Of a DNA stretch of 64,000 nt, positions 30,082 through 40,365 are shown one piece after another (position 1 is the first letter of the stretch; every line of letters begins with the position of its first letter). The notes beneath the pieces are model-generated. The model was given only the letters and a program-made list of their open reading frames with translations. It did not search any database and was not told the origin of the DNA. The translations under genes and the position numbers were made by a program. The stretch lies in the NCBI GenBank assembly GCA_963667175.2, contig CAXXXF010000012.1, forward strand, positions 224,001 to 288,000, written 5' to 3'. Source of the stretch: Candidatus Latescibacterota bacterium. Lineage in GTDB: Bacteria; Latescibacterota; UBA2968; GCA-2709665.

Positions 30082-31450
30082 CACAGCCCCCAGAATCCAG
30101 AACCAGTGTCTTGAACCGGTTTCCGCGCTCCACGTAATTGAGAAAGCGATCGTAGCTGGCCGATGCCGGAGAAAACAAAACGGTACCGCCGGTTCCCGCC
30201 CGCCGCGTTGCGGCGGGCACGGCATCGTCCAGCGAGTCCACGCGTGAAATATGCGTGGGAGATCCGGACGGGACCGAAGCCGCAATCGCGTCCGCCGTGT
30301 CGCCCGTAAGGATCAGATGGGACACCCTGCGCCCGATGTGTCGGCCCAGCGCAACGTATGACAGACCCTTGTCGGAGCCCCCTGCGATCAGCACAACGCC
30401 CGGCGGCAGGGCCGAGAGCGCCACGAGAGTCCGGTCAGGGCTGGTGGCGATCGAATCGTTGTAATACGTAACGCCTTGGAACTCCGCCACCCGCTCCAGC
30501 CGGTGCGGCACGCCCTTGAAACTGCGAAGCGCGTCCGCGACGTCCTTTTCGGTCACGCCGTTGCAGAGCGCCGCCCCGCACGCGGCCAGCGCGTTTTCCA
30601 GGTTATGCCGTCCGGGCAGAGCGACCGTGGCAGCCGGACAGACGGCTTCTTCGGATTGGGCGATCCGGTGTCTTATCTCTCCGTCTTCCACAAAGACGTC
30701 GCAATCCGACGTCCGTTGCGCGCCGAATACGACGCGGCGTCCGCGCCCCCGCCACTGCCGGACTTCAGGGTCGTCGCCGTTCAGCACCTCCACGTCGCCT
30801 TCGCCCTGGTGCGCGATTATCTGTCGTTTCGCCTGCCTATATGCCTCCAGCGAACCGTGCATATCCAGGTGATTGGGGGCGAAATTCGTAATGACGGCGG
30901 TCTCCGGGCTCCATTTCAATTCGGTCAGCCGCTCGAGCTGAAAGCTGGACAGTTCGAGGACCACACGCGTGTCCACAGTGATCTCCTCGAGGCGTTCCAG
31001 TAAAGACCCCCCGATATTTCCGCCCACCAGCGTCCGCGGTGACTTGCGCCGCATCATCTCGGCCGCCAGAGACGCGGTCGTCGTCTTTCCGCTGGTGCCG
31101 GTAATCCCCACGACCGGCGCCCTGCACCGCTCAGCAAACAGGCAGATTTCCGTAGTTACGGGGATACCCCGTTTTTCGACAGCCTTCAGGAACGGGGATG
31201 ACCGTGGCACCGCGGGATTGGCCACGACAAGGTCCGCCGCCCGGAAATCCGACGCCTCGTGTCCGCCCAGCCTGTAGGCGACGGGCAGCGTCTCGAGCGT
31301 CCGCAACGACTCCCGAAGCGCGTCGGCCTGCCGCAGGTCGGTAACGGTAACGCGCGCTCCCTCCCTGCACAGAAACCGCACCGCGCCCGCGCCCCCTCCG
31401 AACAGACCAAGACCCATCACAAGCACTCGCCGCCCGTCCAGCGACGTCAC
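30074..31450 (-). CDS. murD: MurD-family UDP-N-acetylmuramoyl-L-Ala-D-Glu ligase
   Basis: GITGTSGKTTT, GGNIG, LELSSFQL, NHLDMH, HRLE, NDSIAT, SPASASYD. Confidence 0.92.
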   Translation of the reverse strand: MTSLDGRRVLVMGLGLFGGGAGAVRFLCREGARVTVTDLRQADALRESLRTLETLPVAYRLGGHEASDFRAADLVVANPAVPRSSPFLKAVEKRGIPVTTEICLFAERCRAPVVGITGTSGKTTTASLAAEMMRRKSPRTLVGGNIGGSLLERLEEITVDTRVVLELSSFQLERLTELKWSPETAVITNFAPNHLDMHGSLEAYRQAKRQIIAHQGEGDVEVLNGDDPEVRQWRGRGRRVVFGAQRTSDCDVFVEDGEIRHRIAQSEEAVCPAATVALPGRHNLENALAACGAALCNGVTEKDVADALRSFKGVPHRLERVAEFQGVTYYNDSIATSPDRTLVALSALPPGVVLIAGGSDKGLSYVALGRHIGRRVSHLILTGDTADAIAASVPSGSPTHISRVDSLDDAVPAATRRAGTGGTVLFSPASASYDRFLNYVERGNRFKTLVLDSGGCDG

Positions 31451-32076
31451 GGTTCAACCCCTTCCCGGATCGGAATCTTTCCCCCGGACTCAAGCAGATC
31501 GAGGATCTGCCGCGCGGCCGCCTGAGGCGAACATTCGGCCGCCTTGATCACGAGTTCCGGAGCCGCCGGGGGCTCGTAGGGATCCGAGATCCCGGTGAAA
31601 TCATGGATCTCACCCGCGCGCGCCTTCTGATACAGTCCCTTTGGGTCCCTCTCCTCGCAGACCGAAAGTGGGGTGTCCACGTAGACCTCCAGAAAGTCGC
31701 CCCGGTCCAGCATTCCCCGTACGCCGTCCCTGTCGGCCCTGTACGGGCTCACGAAGCTGCTTATCGTAAGGATCCCGGCATCCACGAACAGCTTTCCCAC
31801 CTCGCCGATGCGGCGTATATTCTCAGCCCTGTCCTCAGCCGAAAAACCCAGATTGCAGTTCAGCCCATGCCGGATATTGTCGCCATCCAGCACGTAGGCC
31901 ATGTGACCCCGCGCAGCCAGCGCGTGCTCCACGGTAAACGCAATGGTGCTCTTCCCGGAGGACGGCAGACCCGTCAGCCACACCAGACACCCCGCCTGCG
32001 TCAACATACGCTCACGCTCCGCACGACTCACATGTCCTTCATGCCAGACAACATTGGTTGCTTTCGCTGCCGTCAA
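31447..32076 (-). CDS. cysC: Adenylyl-sulfate kinase
   Basis: WLTGLPSSGKST, LDGDNIRHGL, RDPKGLY, FTGISDPYE. Confidence 0.95.
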   Translation of the reverse strand: MTAAKATNVVWHEGHVSRAERERMLTQAGCLVWLTGLPSSGKSTIAFTVEHALAARGHMAYVLDGDNIRHGLNCNLGFSAEDRAENIRRIGEVGKLFVDAGILTISSFVSPYRADRDGVRGMLDRGDFLEVYVDTPLSVCEERDPKGLYQKARAGEIHDFTGISDPYEPPAAPELVIKAAECSPQAAARQILDLLESGGKIPIREGVEP

Positions 32077-33002
32077 GAACCGCCTCCTTGTGTTGGGACC
32101 GAATACGATGCGCTGTACACGGGAATCCGCCCGACGGGCCGGAGCTTCCGCTTATGCTGCCGCAAGCCCGGCAAACCCAGGTCTCCGGCGTCATTGACAA
32201 GATCGTAGTCCATCAACGCCCGGTAGACCTCCATCCGCAGATATTCCGACAGTCCCCGGACGTCGGGATCCGTTTTCGCCACGAAAAAATTCGCCATCCC
32301 GGCGTGCATGCGTCCGGCGAACGCGAAAGCCGCGACCCGGCCATCCACCTCCACGCACCACCCCTGGAGTTCTTCCGAATTCCAATGTCCGTACCTCGAT
32401 AGCGCGGACCGCGTATATCCCCAGTCAAGCAGGAATTCCCGCTTGCGACCCTGCCGCTTCCTCCAGTATCGCAGCAGCGCATGGCAGGCCGGGACGTCTG
32501 CAGGCGTCATTTCCCGAAAATGCGGATCCGCCTCTCTCCGTATGCGCCTGAGTCTCTTCCGCACGTCACGGTACGCCCGCCCCGCCGCCGCCACGACCTT
32601 CGACGGCTCGTACAGATATTCGTGAGCGCTGATCCTGACTTCCAGTCCATCAGGCGCCATGCGCCGCCTGTCCTCCTCATCCACCCACAAAATACGCGGA
32701 CGGCGGCCGCCGTTGATCGCACGGACCTCGTCCAGCGTCGCAACGAGAGACCCGGCGGAAAGCGGAATCGGAGGCACCACGAAATCGAACCAGACGCGGC
32801 CGTTTCTCGCAGCGCGGCGCACGGGAAGCCAGAGCGCCCCATCGTGTTCGGCCACGAACACTTCCCGCCCCGGCGGCAGGCTGAAACAGCAGATGAACGG
32901 GGCGTAGTAACACCAGGCGTTCTTCAGGGCGGACGCGAATATTCCCTGCAAGCGGCGCGTATGCCCGGGGTGAACGGGTTCCGCTGCGAACGGCAGATTC
33001 AT
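32073..33002 (-). CDS. DUF2156 / phosphatidylglycerol lysyltransferase-domain (GNAT) protein
   Basis: EYLY, KTDPDVRGLSEYL, VNDAGDLGLPGLRQHKRKLRP. Confidence 0.75.
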   Translation of the reverse strand: MNLPFAAEPVHPGHTRRLQGIFASALKNAWCYYAPFICCFSLPPGREVFVAEHDGALWLPVRRAARNGRVWFDFVVPPIPLSAGSLVATLDEVRAINGGRRPRILWVDEEDRRRMAPDGLEVRISAHEYLYEPSKVVAAAGRAYRDVRKRLRRIRREADPHFREMTPADVPACHALLRYWRKRQGRKREFLLDWGYTRSALSRYGHWNSEELQGWCVEVDGRVAAFAFAGRMHAGMANFFVAKTDPDVRGLSEYLRMEVYRALMDYDLVNDAGDLGLPGLRQHKRKLRPVGRIPVYSASYSVPTQGGGS

Positions 33003-33994
33003 CCCGTCATCCGCGTCCGGTCGGCCGTGTAGAGAGCGCCTTCATAGATGCCTTGGACCCGTGGTGTGAGCCTGGCCGTCGAAACCGTGCGAATCAGATG
33101 ACTGACACCGGCAAGCATCTGGGCGCCATCGTACCGATTGAAATCCGGAATAATCTCGACCGGGGCAAGCCCGGTCTCCGTAATTTCGGCCACGGCGGCT
33201 ACCGTTTCATCCGGCCTCCGGCTGCCGAAACAGATATAGCCCTGCTTGCCCACCTCCTGTCGAAGTCCGGCTGCGCCCCGGGAGATGAACAACGACAACC
33301 CGGCAAGTGTGTATGGCGGATCGGTGAGGAACACATCGAAGCCGGCGACCAATTCCCCAGGCAGATCGGCCCTCAGGTCGTGTTCGACGGCCTCGATGGC
33401 CTGCTGTGTTTCACCCGATGCGGCGTTCAGAAAGGCCACCAGGCGCGCGTCGCACTCCAGCACCACCACCCGGCCCACCGAAATCCCCAGGAATTCCGCC
33501 AGAAGGCCAATTGCGAGGGAAGTCAGGTCGTCGTCTCCCAGGATCAGGATGTCCCTTCCTTCAAGCCCGTCGTTCTCAAACAGATACAAGGCGCGGCGCA
33601 ACGCGGTTTCCGCCGTTGCATGGGATTGGTCCAGCCGCACGTCGACAGCCGGCCTGCGCTCCCCGTACGCCGCCATCCGTGCCCGCAACGTACGCATCTC
33701 GTCGTCCAGCACGGGAAATGCCGGCCTGCGAAACCGCCGCCGGCAACCGAGGCCCAGGCGTTTTTCAACCGCACTCCGACCGGCAGAAGAAAGGACGACT
33801 CCCCCTCGCCTCTGCACCCAACCTCTTTTTTCCAACTCGCCGCGAACCGCTGCCACCACCGGTACCGGCAGACCCGTCTCGCGAGACAGGTCCCTGACCG
33901 GCAGCGTACCCGCCCGATAGACGGCTCTCAGAATTTGTCGAACGCCTTCAGGTCCTTCGGCCAGGCGTGCGTCGGCCGCCACGTCCGCAAGCAC
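32999..33994 (-). CDS. bpsA: Bis-aminopropyl spermidine synthase (BpsA/DUF43) family protein
   Basis: RP.....LDQ...T.ET..RR, LEGRDILILGDDDLTSLA, FDVFLTDPPYT; start uncertain. Confidence 0.8.
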   Translation of the reverse strand: MLADVAADARLAEGPEGVRQILRAVYRAGTLPVRDLSRETGLPVPVVAAVRGELEKRGWVQRRGGVVLSSAGRSAVEKRLGLGCRRRFRRPAFPVLDDEMRTLRARMAAYGERRPAVDVRLDQSHATAETALRRALYLFENDGLEGRDILILGDDDLTSLAIGLLAEFLGISVGRVVVLECDARLVAFLNAASGETQQAIEAVEHDLRADLPGELVAGFDVFLTDPPYTLAGLSLFISRGAAGLRQEVGKQGYICFGSRRPDETVAAVAEITETGLAPVEIIPDFNRYDGAQMLAGVSHLIRTVSTARLTPRVQGIYEGALYTADRTRMTG

Positions 33995-34013
33995 GTTTTC
34001 TGAATGCCGACCT

Positions 34014-35207
34014 TCAGTCCTGTGCCGATTTTGTGTCCGACGCCTCACCGTCTCCGTTCTCCGATGCCGCGGACGCGTCTTCAACCGTCTCCTCGCCATT
34101 GTTCCCGGTCGCCTCCCCGGCCCCTGGATGTTCCTCCTCCTGCTCCGGCTCGTCGTCTTCCCATTCGAGAAGATTCTCGTCGTCCTTGCGCTTCCTGAGA
34201 ATCACGTAGATCAGGCTGATGCCCGAAGCGTACGCGGACAGGACGTAAGCGCTGAAGATGGCCGTGAGCAGAATCAACATCACACCCAGAATGCCGCCGG
34301 CCAGCAGTTCGGAACCCGTCGGGACGCCGGCAGCCGGCAGAAACGCCGTGATGTCCATGGTGAGCCACTCGCTTCGGGTGAAGTCATAGGGAACGTACTG
34401 TCCCGCGACGTACACCAGATTGGCCAGTTTCTCGTTCATGAACAGGCCGACAGCCCAGCTGACCAGGCCCATGGCGGAGGCCATGAAGGTTCCCAGCAAG
34501 ACGGCCCCTATTGATACGGAAATCTTCATCCAGACCAGATACAGTACCAACCGCCAGGGCTGGCTCCAGGCCAGCGAAAAGGACTGGATGGCCACCTCGA
34601 GCGCGTCTTCGCCGACAGTCCCCACGACGGCCGGAGACATGGTGATGGACACGACAAACGCGATCGAAATGAAAACAGCGACCAGCGCGGCGAAGAAGAT
34701 CGGAATAAAGAAAATTCCGAATGCCAGTTCACCCGCCCATGGAATCATCCCGGCCAGCCATCCGATGACGATTCCGGCGACCACGAAGAAGACGAACAGC
34801 GCCAGCGTGGCCACCGGCCCCCAGACCACACCGCCCCAGTTCTGACAGATGAATCTCCATGCGTCGCCGGAGGAATAAAAATCATCCCCCTTCAGTTGCT
34901 GGTACGTGATCTTGCAGATCATGCATGTCATCAATAACACGACGATCCAGACGTACAGCATTGCGACCCCATAGATCGCCATGCCGGCCAGTGTGGCCGG
35001 AAAGGGATCCGGACCGGGAAAGAGCCCGTACTTCTGCCAGATCTCCTGGAGCGCAGCCCCAGCCAGAAGGTGGTCGGCAATAGCCAGGATGGTGTATCCG
35101 GCGTAGGCAATCAGCGTGCCGCACAAACCTACCCAGATCTTCTTTCCGGACCATCCGAGCCGTACCACCCGAAAGATGTCCCGAATGTCAAAATGCAGTT
35201 TGTACAT
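34014..35207 (-). CDS. Multi-pass membrane protein with acidic tail
   Basis: About 6 hydrophobic helices and an E/D-rich C-terminus. Confidence 0.75.
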   Translation of the reverse strand: MYKLHFDIRDIFRVVRLGWSGKKIWVGLCGTLIAYAGYTILAIADHLLAGAALQEIWQKYGLFPGPDPFPATLAGMAIYGVAMLYVWIVVLLMTCMICKITYQQLKGDDFYSSGDAWRFICQNWGGVVWGPVATLALFVFFVVAGIVIGWLAGMIPWAGELAFGIFFIPIFFAALVAVFISIAFVVSITMSPAVVGTVGEDALEVAIQSFSLAWSQPWRLVLYLVWMKISVSIGAVLLGTFMASAMGLVSWAVGLFMNEKLANLVYVAGQYVPYDFTRSEWLTMDITAFLPAAGVPTGSELLAGGILGVMLILLTAIFSAYVLSAYASGISLIYVILRKRKDDENLLEWEDDEPEQEEEHPGAGEATGNNGEETVEDASAASENGDGEASDTKSAQD

Positions 35208-35499
35208 TACTGCGCCTCCTTCCCGGTTCGAATCCAACAAAAAAAGGGCACAACGCCGGCCTCGAAGCATGCCGAATGTGCCAAAGTCACTTAATTTCAG
35301 AACTTTATACGCGAATTAACGAACTATACCGCCGCGCGAATATGATGCAATAATGTCGGATCAAAGTCAAGCAAAATAAAAGAGGATCAATGGATGAAGG
35401 CGAGCATGCATCCGTTGATCCCGTAACCGCCCGTTGCTACGCAAACGCCTGCGGACGTTTCGGCCATCCGCTCACTGTCGCCGGACATTCGCCGGCGTC

Positions 35500-36075
35500 T
35501 CACCTTTCGTCGGACGCTTCGGGAATCGTCAGACGGATCTGATGAAGAAAATGCTGCAGCGGCACATTGAAGGGCCGGGAGGGTCGGGTGAAGGCAGGCT
35601 TGAAGAGCGCTCCCGCCGGCAGGGGCGTGGCGCCGGGCTGCATCCTGACCTGCGCGCGGCCCTCCTGGGCTTCGGGTACACGGTAACAGCCCTGCCCGAG
35701 CCCCAGAGGCCACGGCGATCCGTACATGTCCGGGGCCGTGAGGAACAGAACAGCCTCTTCGTCGACGCCGAACTCGGGAATGCCGGGTACGTAAAGTCTG
35801 TGGCCTTCGGCGGTTCCCCCCGGCAGCGTGAGGACGATTTCGCCGCCCGGATTTCCCTTGACACGCGTAATCACCCGGAACCTGTGCTCCGTTACGATTT
35901 CCCCACGGCCTTCATCCACGAAACTTCTGCGCGACACGCACTGAACATGGGCGATCGTCTCCGCTTTTTCACACAGCGAATCGAACGCGAACCGTACAAC
36001 AGACGTCGCGCCGGACCGCGGGGCCCAGATGGCGAGAACAACGATGGTCACAGCGAATCGAATCAGGCCGGACAT
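35500..36075 (-). CDS. Hypothetical secreted protein
   Basis: Signal peptide followed by ATSVVR...LPGG...G.P.F...EEAVLFL...GLGQG. Confidence 0.65.
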   Translation of the reverse strand: MSGLIRFAVTIVVLAIWAPRSGATSVVRFAFDSLCEKAETIAHVQCVSRRSFVDEGRGEIVTEHRFRVITRVKGNPGGEIVLTLPGGTAEGHRLYVPGIPEFGVDEEAVLFLTAPDMYGSPWPLGLGQGCYRVPEAQEGRAQVRMQPGATPLPAGALFKPAFTRPSRPFNVPLQHFLHQIRLTIPEASDER

Positions 36076-36236
36076 CGAACACCAGTTCCGAAGCAGGGGT
36101 GAGTCGGTTAGGGAAAGCGCGCTTCTCTCACTGGAAACGCCGCTGCCGGGTGATGGTTCCATCAATGCATCCCGATGCCGCAGACGGACTACGCGAAGCG
36201 GCCGTCACACCCCGAGGACTCGGGTTGCGGCCGCCG

Positions 36237-37604
36237 CTAATCCACGGCTTCCCCTGCGGATCCGTTCCCGGCCGGACCTGTGCGCGGGGACTTCACGAAC
36301 CTGTCAATTTGACCCCGCGCGACAAGCAGCGCACTTTCACGGTCTTTAACGCGGCCTTCGAGTTGCCCGTCTTCCACGGCCCTGAGCGCCGCCTTGAAGG
36401 CCGGCCCCGGCGTGTAGCCGAGTTCGATGAGGTCCCGGCCCGTAACCAGCGGATCAGGTCGAATCTCGTCGGGCGCCAGAGCATCCAGGGCCCGCCGGCA
36501 GAACGTGTAATTCTCCAGATTCCCGTGGCTGGCCAGACAGTCGATCCTGTGCAGTTCCAGGTGTTCTTCAAATCGCTCCATCCGCAGGAACCGCTTCAGT
36601 TTGCTCTTACGCATCTGGCGTACGTGCATAAAACGGTGGTGGTCCGCCACCAGTCGAACGACGTGGCGGGTTGCCTCCCCGGAAAACCGAAGCCGGCGAC
36701 ATATCGCTTCCGCCATCCGTGCGCCCACACGTGCGTGATTGTCGAACCGAATACGGTCGGCGGATTCGAACGTGCCGGGCTTGCCCACGTCGTGCAACAG
36801 CACCGCGATGGCCAATTCCGGAGACGGATTGCGCATCAGCCCCAGCATGATAAGGGTGTGGGTAAGCACGTCCCCTTCCGGATGAAACTCCGGCGGTTGG
36901 GCGACGCCGTCGAGCGCCAGCACCTCCGGAACGATGCCGGTGATCAGCCCGGAATCGATCAGCCATCTCACCCCTTGAGGCGCCCCCCCCTCCATCAGTA
37001 TTCTGACAAATTCGTCCCGGATGCGTTCTTTGCTGACCGCCGTGAGGTTTCCGCTCAAACGCCGTATCGCCGAAAACGTGGCGCCGTCGATCCTCCAGTG
37101 GAAACGGCAACCGAATCGCACGGCCCTCATCATCCGCAGCCGGTCTTCCGCAAACCGATCGGCGGCGCCGCCGATGGTTCGGATTACTCTCCCCTTCAAA
37201 TCGGCACGTCCACCCACGTAATCCAGCACCCGATCCGTCAGGGGATCCCAGAACATCCCGTTTACGGTGAAATCCCGACGCCGGGCGTCTTCGGTTTCGT
37301 CCGCAAATTCCACCCCGTCGGGGCGGCGCCCGTCGCTGTAGCCGAGATCACGACGAAAACGGGCGACCTCGAAGACGTGCCCGCCAAGCCGCACCTCCAC
37401 AACGCCGAAGTGCGCGCCCACGGGCCGGGCGCGTGTAAAAATGCCGGTCACCTGATGTGGATCGGCATCGGTTGCGACGTCGTAATCACCGGGTTCCAGC
37501 CCGAGCAGGAGATCCCGTACGCACCCGCCGGCCAGCAACGCCCTGAACCCGTGCGAGTGGAGGCGTCGGACCACTTCGACTGCCGTGTCTCGAGCAGATG
37601 GCAT
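36237..37604 (-). CDS. cca: CCA tRNA nucleotidyltransferase with HD domain
   Basis: AGGCVRDLLLG, DYDVAT, DARRRDFTVN, EDRLRMMRAVRF, FHPEGDV, LLHDVGK. Confidence 0.93.
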   Translation of the reverse strand: MPSARDTAVEVVRRLHSHGFRALLAGGCVRDLLLGLEPGDYDVATDADPHQVTGIFTRARPVGAHFGVVEVRLGGHVFEVARFRRDLGYSDGRRPDGVEFADETEDARRRDFTVNGMFWDPLTDRVLDYVGGRADLKGRVIRTIGGAADRFAEDRLRMMRAVRFGCRFHWRIDGATFSAIRRLSGNLTAVSKERIRDEFVRILMEGGAPQGVRWLIDSGLITGIVPEVLALDGVAQPPEFHPEGDVLTHTLIMLGLMRNPSPELAIAVLLHDVGKPGTFESADRIRFDNHARVGARMAEAICRRLRFSGEATRHVVRLVADHHRFMHVRQMRKSKLKRFLRMERFEEHLELHRIDCLASHGNLENYTFCRRALDALAPDEIRPDPLVTGRDLIELGYTPGPAFKAALRAVEDGQLEGRVKDRESALLVARGQIDRFVKSPRTGPAGNGSAGEAVD

Positions 37605-37609
37605 GACGT

Positions 37610-38902
37610 TCAATCCAGGGGTACGGGAACACGTTCGATCCGGGCCCCAAGCGCGCGAAGACGACCGTCGATGGCGTCGTACCCCCGATCGATTTGTTCG
37701 ATGTTCCGGATCACGCTCCGGCCTTCGGCGCACAGACTGGCGATCAGCAGCGCCATCCCGGCCCGTATATCGGGGCTCGTTATTCGATCCCCATAGAGCT
37801 TCGAAGGACCGACCACAACCGCGCGGTGGGGGTCGCACAGGATGATCTCGGCGCCCATCTCGATCAACCGATCCAGCCAGAAAAGTCGGCTCTCGTACAT
37901 CTTTTCGAAAAACAGGACGGTTCCCCGCGCCTGCGTGGCCACCACGAGCGCGATGCTCATCAGATCAGCCGGGAACCCGGGCCAGGGATCGTCGGATATC
38001 TTCGGAATTGCGTCTCCGACGTCCCGGACGATTTCGAGCTTCTGGCGATCGGAAACAAGAATATCGGCTCCGTCAATGTCTACCTGGACACCGAGCCGCT
38101 CGAATACCATCAGACTCCGGCGCATCTGACGCGGGGCGGCGTCTCTTATCCGTATCTCTCCGCTGGTGACGGCCGCGAGGCCGATGAAGCTTCCGACTTC
38201 CATATAATCGGGTCCGATGGTATGCTCGCCGCCGCTGAGCGTTCTTACGCCTTCAATGGTCAGTTCGTTCGTTCCCACGCCCGAAATCCGTGCGCCCATG
38301 GCGTTGAGCAGATGACACAATTCCTGCACGTGCGGTTCACATGCGGCGTTGCGGACGACGGTCGCGCCTTCGGCCAGAGTGGATGCCATGATCACGTTCT
38401 CCGTGCCGGTGACGCTTCGCTCATCCAGAAAAATGTCGGCGCCCGTCAAGCCACCCGGCGCGCGCATTTCGTACACGTGGTTGGTACGGATGCGCGCGCC
38501 GAGGGCCTCCAGGGCCCGCAGATGGGTATCCACGCGTCGGCGGCCGATCTTGTCGCCGCCCGGCCGGGGCGTGGTCGCACGACCGTGTCTGGCCAGCAGC
38601 GGGCCTGCCAGCAGAATACTCCCGCGGGCTTTGCTGCACAAATCGGGATTCAGAGCGGTGTTACGCAACGAGGCGGCGCACGCGGTCAGTTCAGTCCGGC
38701 CCGTATGACGGACCGAGACGCCCAGATCGCGTAGGAGCTTGACCAGCGTGAGTACGTCTCCAATCGGCGGGGCGTTCTTCAACACCACCGTCTCGTCCGT
38801 CAACAGCGTCGCCGCAAGGAGTGCCAGTGCGGCATTCTTGTTTCCGATAGGCGTGATGGCTCCGGAAAGTGGAAATCCGCCTTCGATTACGAACTGTTCC
38901 AT
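37610..38902 (-). CDS. murA: UDP-N-acetylglucosamine 1-carboxyvinyltransferase (Cys->Asp type)
   Basis: [43 protein letters not shown]. Confidence 0.95.
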   Translation of the reverse strand: MEQFVIEGGFPLSGAITPIGNKNAALALLAATLLTDETVVLKNAPPIGDVLTLVKLLRDLGVSVRHTGRTELTACAASLRNTALNPDLCSKARGSILLAGPLLARHGRATTPRPGGDKIGRRRVDTHLRALEALGARIRTNHVYEMRAPGGLTGADIFLDERSVTGTENVIMASTLAEGATVVRNAACEPHVQELCHLLNAMGARISGVGTNELTIEGVRTLSGGEHTIGPDYMEVGSFIGLAAVTSGEIRIRDAAPRQMRRSLMVFERLGVQVDIDGADILVSDRQKLEIVRDVGDAIPKISDDPWPGFPADLMSIALVVATQARGTVLFFEKMYESRLFWLDRLIEMGAEIILCDPHRAVVVGPSKLYGDRITSPDIRAGMALLIASLCAEGRSVIRNIEQIDRGYDAIDGRLRALGARIERVPVPLD

Positions 38903-39067
38903 GGGAACACGCGCTCCGGCGATGCTCGGTCCTGCGAACGGACATTCTGCATAAATCTTGATAAGTTACAATATATCATATCTTTATAAAAAAATCAAGT
39001 CATTTGTCCCGCGCGACTGGCCGGTCCGGCGACGCGAGCGCCCGCCGTCCGCGGCATTCCGGGCCAA

Positions 39068-40150
39068 TCAGAGGTCCGAAGCGGTTTCCGCGGCCCCGGG
39101 ATGGATATAGAGCTGACCGCATCCCGCCGCGATGTCCACCCCTTTGCTGTGCCGTACCGTGGTTGTCAGATGCGCATTCCTGAGGATCCGCACAAACCGG
39201 TCCACCGCGATCGCGGGCGGCCGCGCAAACGGCGCGCCGTCGACCGGATTCCAGGGAATGACGTTGACTTTGCACCCGATGTTCCGAACCAGCGCCACCA
39301 GGCGACCGGCATCTTCCTTCGAATCGTTAAACCCATGCAGAAGGACGTACTCGAACGTCACCCGCCGCGCAATCCGTTGCCGATAGGACCTGACGGCGGC
39401 CAGGAGTTCGGCAATCGGCCAGCGCCGGTTGATCGACATGATACGCGAGCGCTGTTCATCTTCAGTCGCGTTCAGGGAAACCGCAAGGCCGACGTTCACT
39501 CCCTCCCTGGCCAACCTCAATATGCCGGGCACGTAGCCGACGGTGGAGAGCGTGATCCTGCGGATTCCGATCGCGAGCCCGTAATCCAGATTCATCAGCC
39601 GGATCGCACGAACGACGTTCCCGTAGTTCAACAGCGGCTCCCCCATTCCCATCATCACCACGTTGGTCAGGTCGTCTCCGCGCTCTCTCAATTCGCGGCG
39701 GACGCAAATCACCTGATCCAGAATTTCGCTGGCGGAGAGGTTGCGGAGCAGCCCCATCCGACCGGTGGCGCAGAACGTACAATCCAGCGGGCATCCTGCC
39801 TGCGACGAAACGCACAGGGTACGGCGCCTCCCGTCGCGCATCAGTACGCTCTCCACGCGCTTGCCGTCCGGAAGTTCAAACAGGTATTTCACGGTGTCGC
39901 CGCCACCGCCGCCCGCCCGTGCCGCCACTCTCAGATTCAATATCGACGCGCGCTCCGCGAGCGTGGCGCGAACCGCCGTGGCGAGGTCGGTCATCTCCGC
40001 GAAGTCGGTTGCGCCGCGATTGTAAATCCACGCGGCGATCTGCCGGGCGCGATAGGCCTCCAACCCGAGTGAAGTCACCAACGCCTCGAGTTCCTCGGGA
40101 TAGTATCCCTTGAGGTCGACACGGCCGCCGGACGTCGAAAATCCCGTCAT
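39068..40150 (-). CDS. rlmN: 23S rRNA m2A2503 methyltransferase
   Basis: CVSSQAGCPLDCTFC, MGMGEP, AAGCGQL. Confidence 0.95.
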   Translation of the reverse strand: MTGFSTSGGRVDLKGYYPEELEALVTSLGLEAYRARQIAAWIYNRGATDFAEMTDLATAVRATLAERASILNLRVAARAGGGGGDTVKYLFELPDGKRVESVLMRDGRRRTLCVSSQAGCPLDCTFCATGRMGLLRNLSASEILDQVICVRRELRERGDDLTNVVMMGMGEPLLNYGNVVRAIRLMNLDYGLAIGIRRITLSTVGYVPGILRLAREGVNVGLAVSLNATEDEQRSRIMSINRRWPIAELLAAVRSYRQRIARRVTFEYVLLHGFNDSKEDAGRLVALVRNIGCKVNVIPWNPVDGAPFARPPAIAVDRFVRILRNAHLTTTVRHSKGVDIAAGCGQLYIHPGAAETASDL

Positions 40151-40224
40151 TTACCTGTCCCCTGTATTCACGTCAATCCGTTGAGGGTAACGGCCCGGAG
40201 CTCCGGAGGCAAGGAAAAATTGGG

Positions 40225-40253
40225 TTGACAGAATGTGCGTTTTGTCCTATCTT
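40225..40253 (+). promoter_or_regulatory. sigma70 promoter
   Basis: TTGACA-17bp-TATCTT. Confidence 0.6.
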
Positions 40254-40365
40254 CAGACGCCGTTCTTCCCTCAGAACAACGAGTTACGTCACTTTTCCGC
40301 TTGTATCCGCCGGATCTGTCGATAGGTCCCCGGACCCCCTCCGGCTTTCCAGGCAACGAAGCCAT

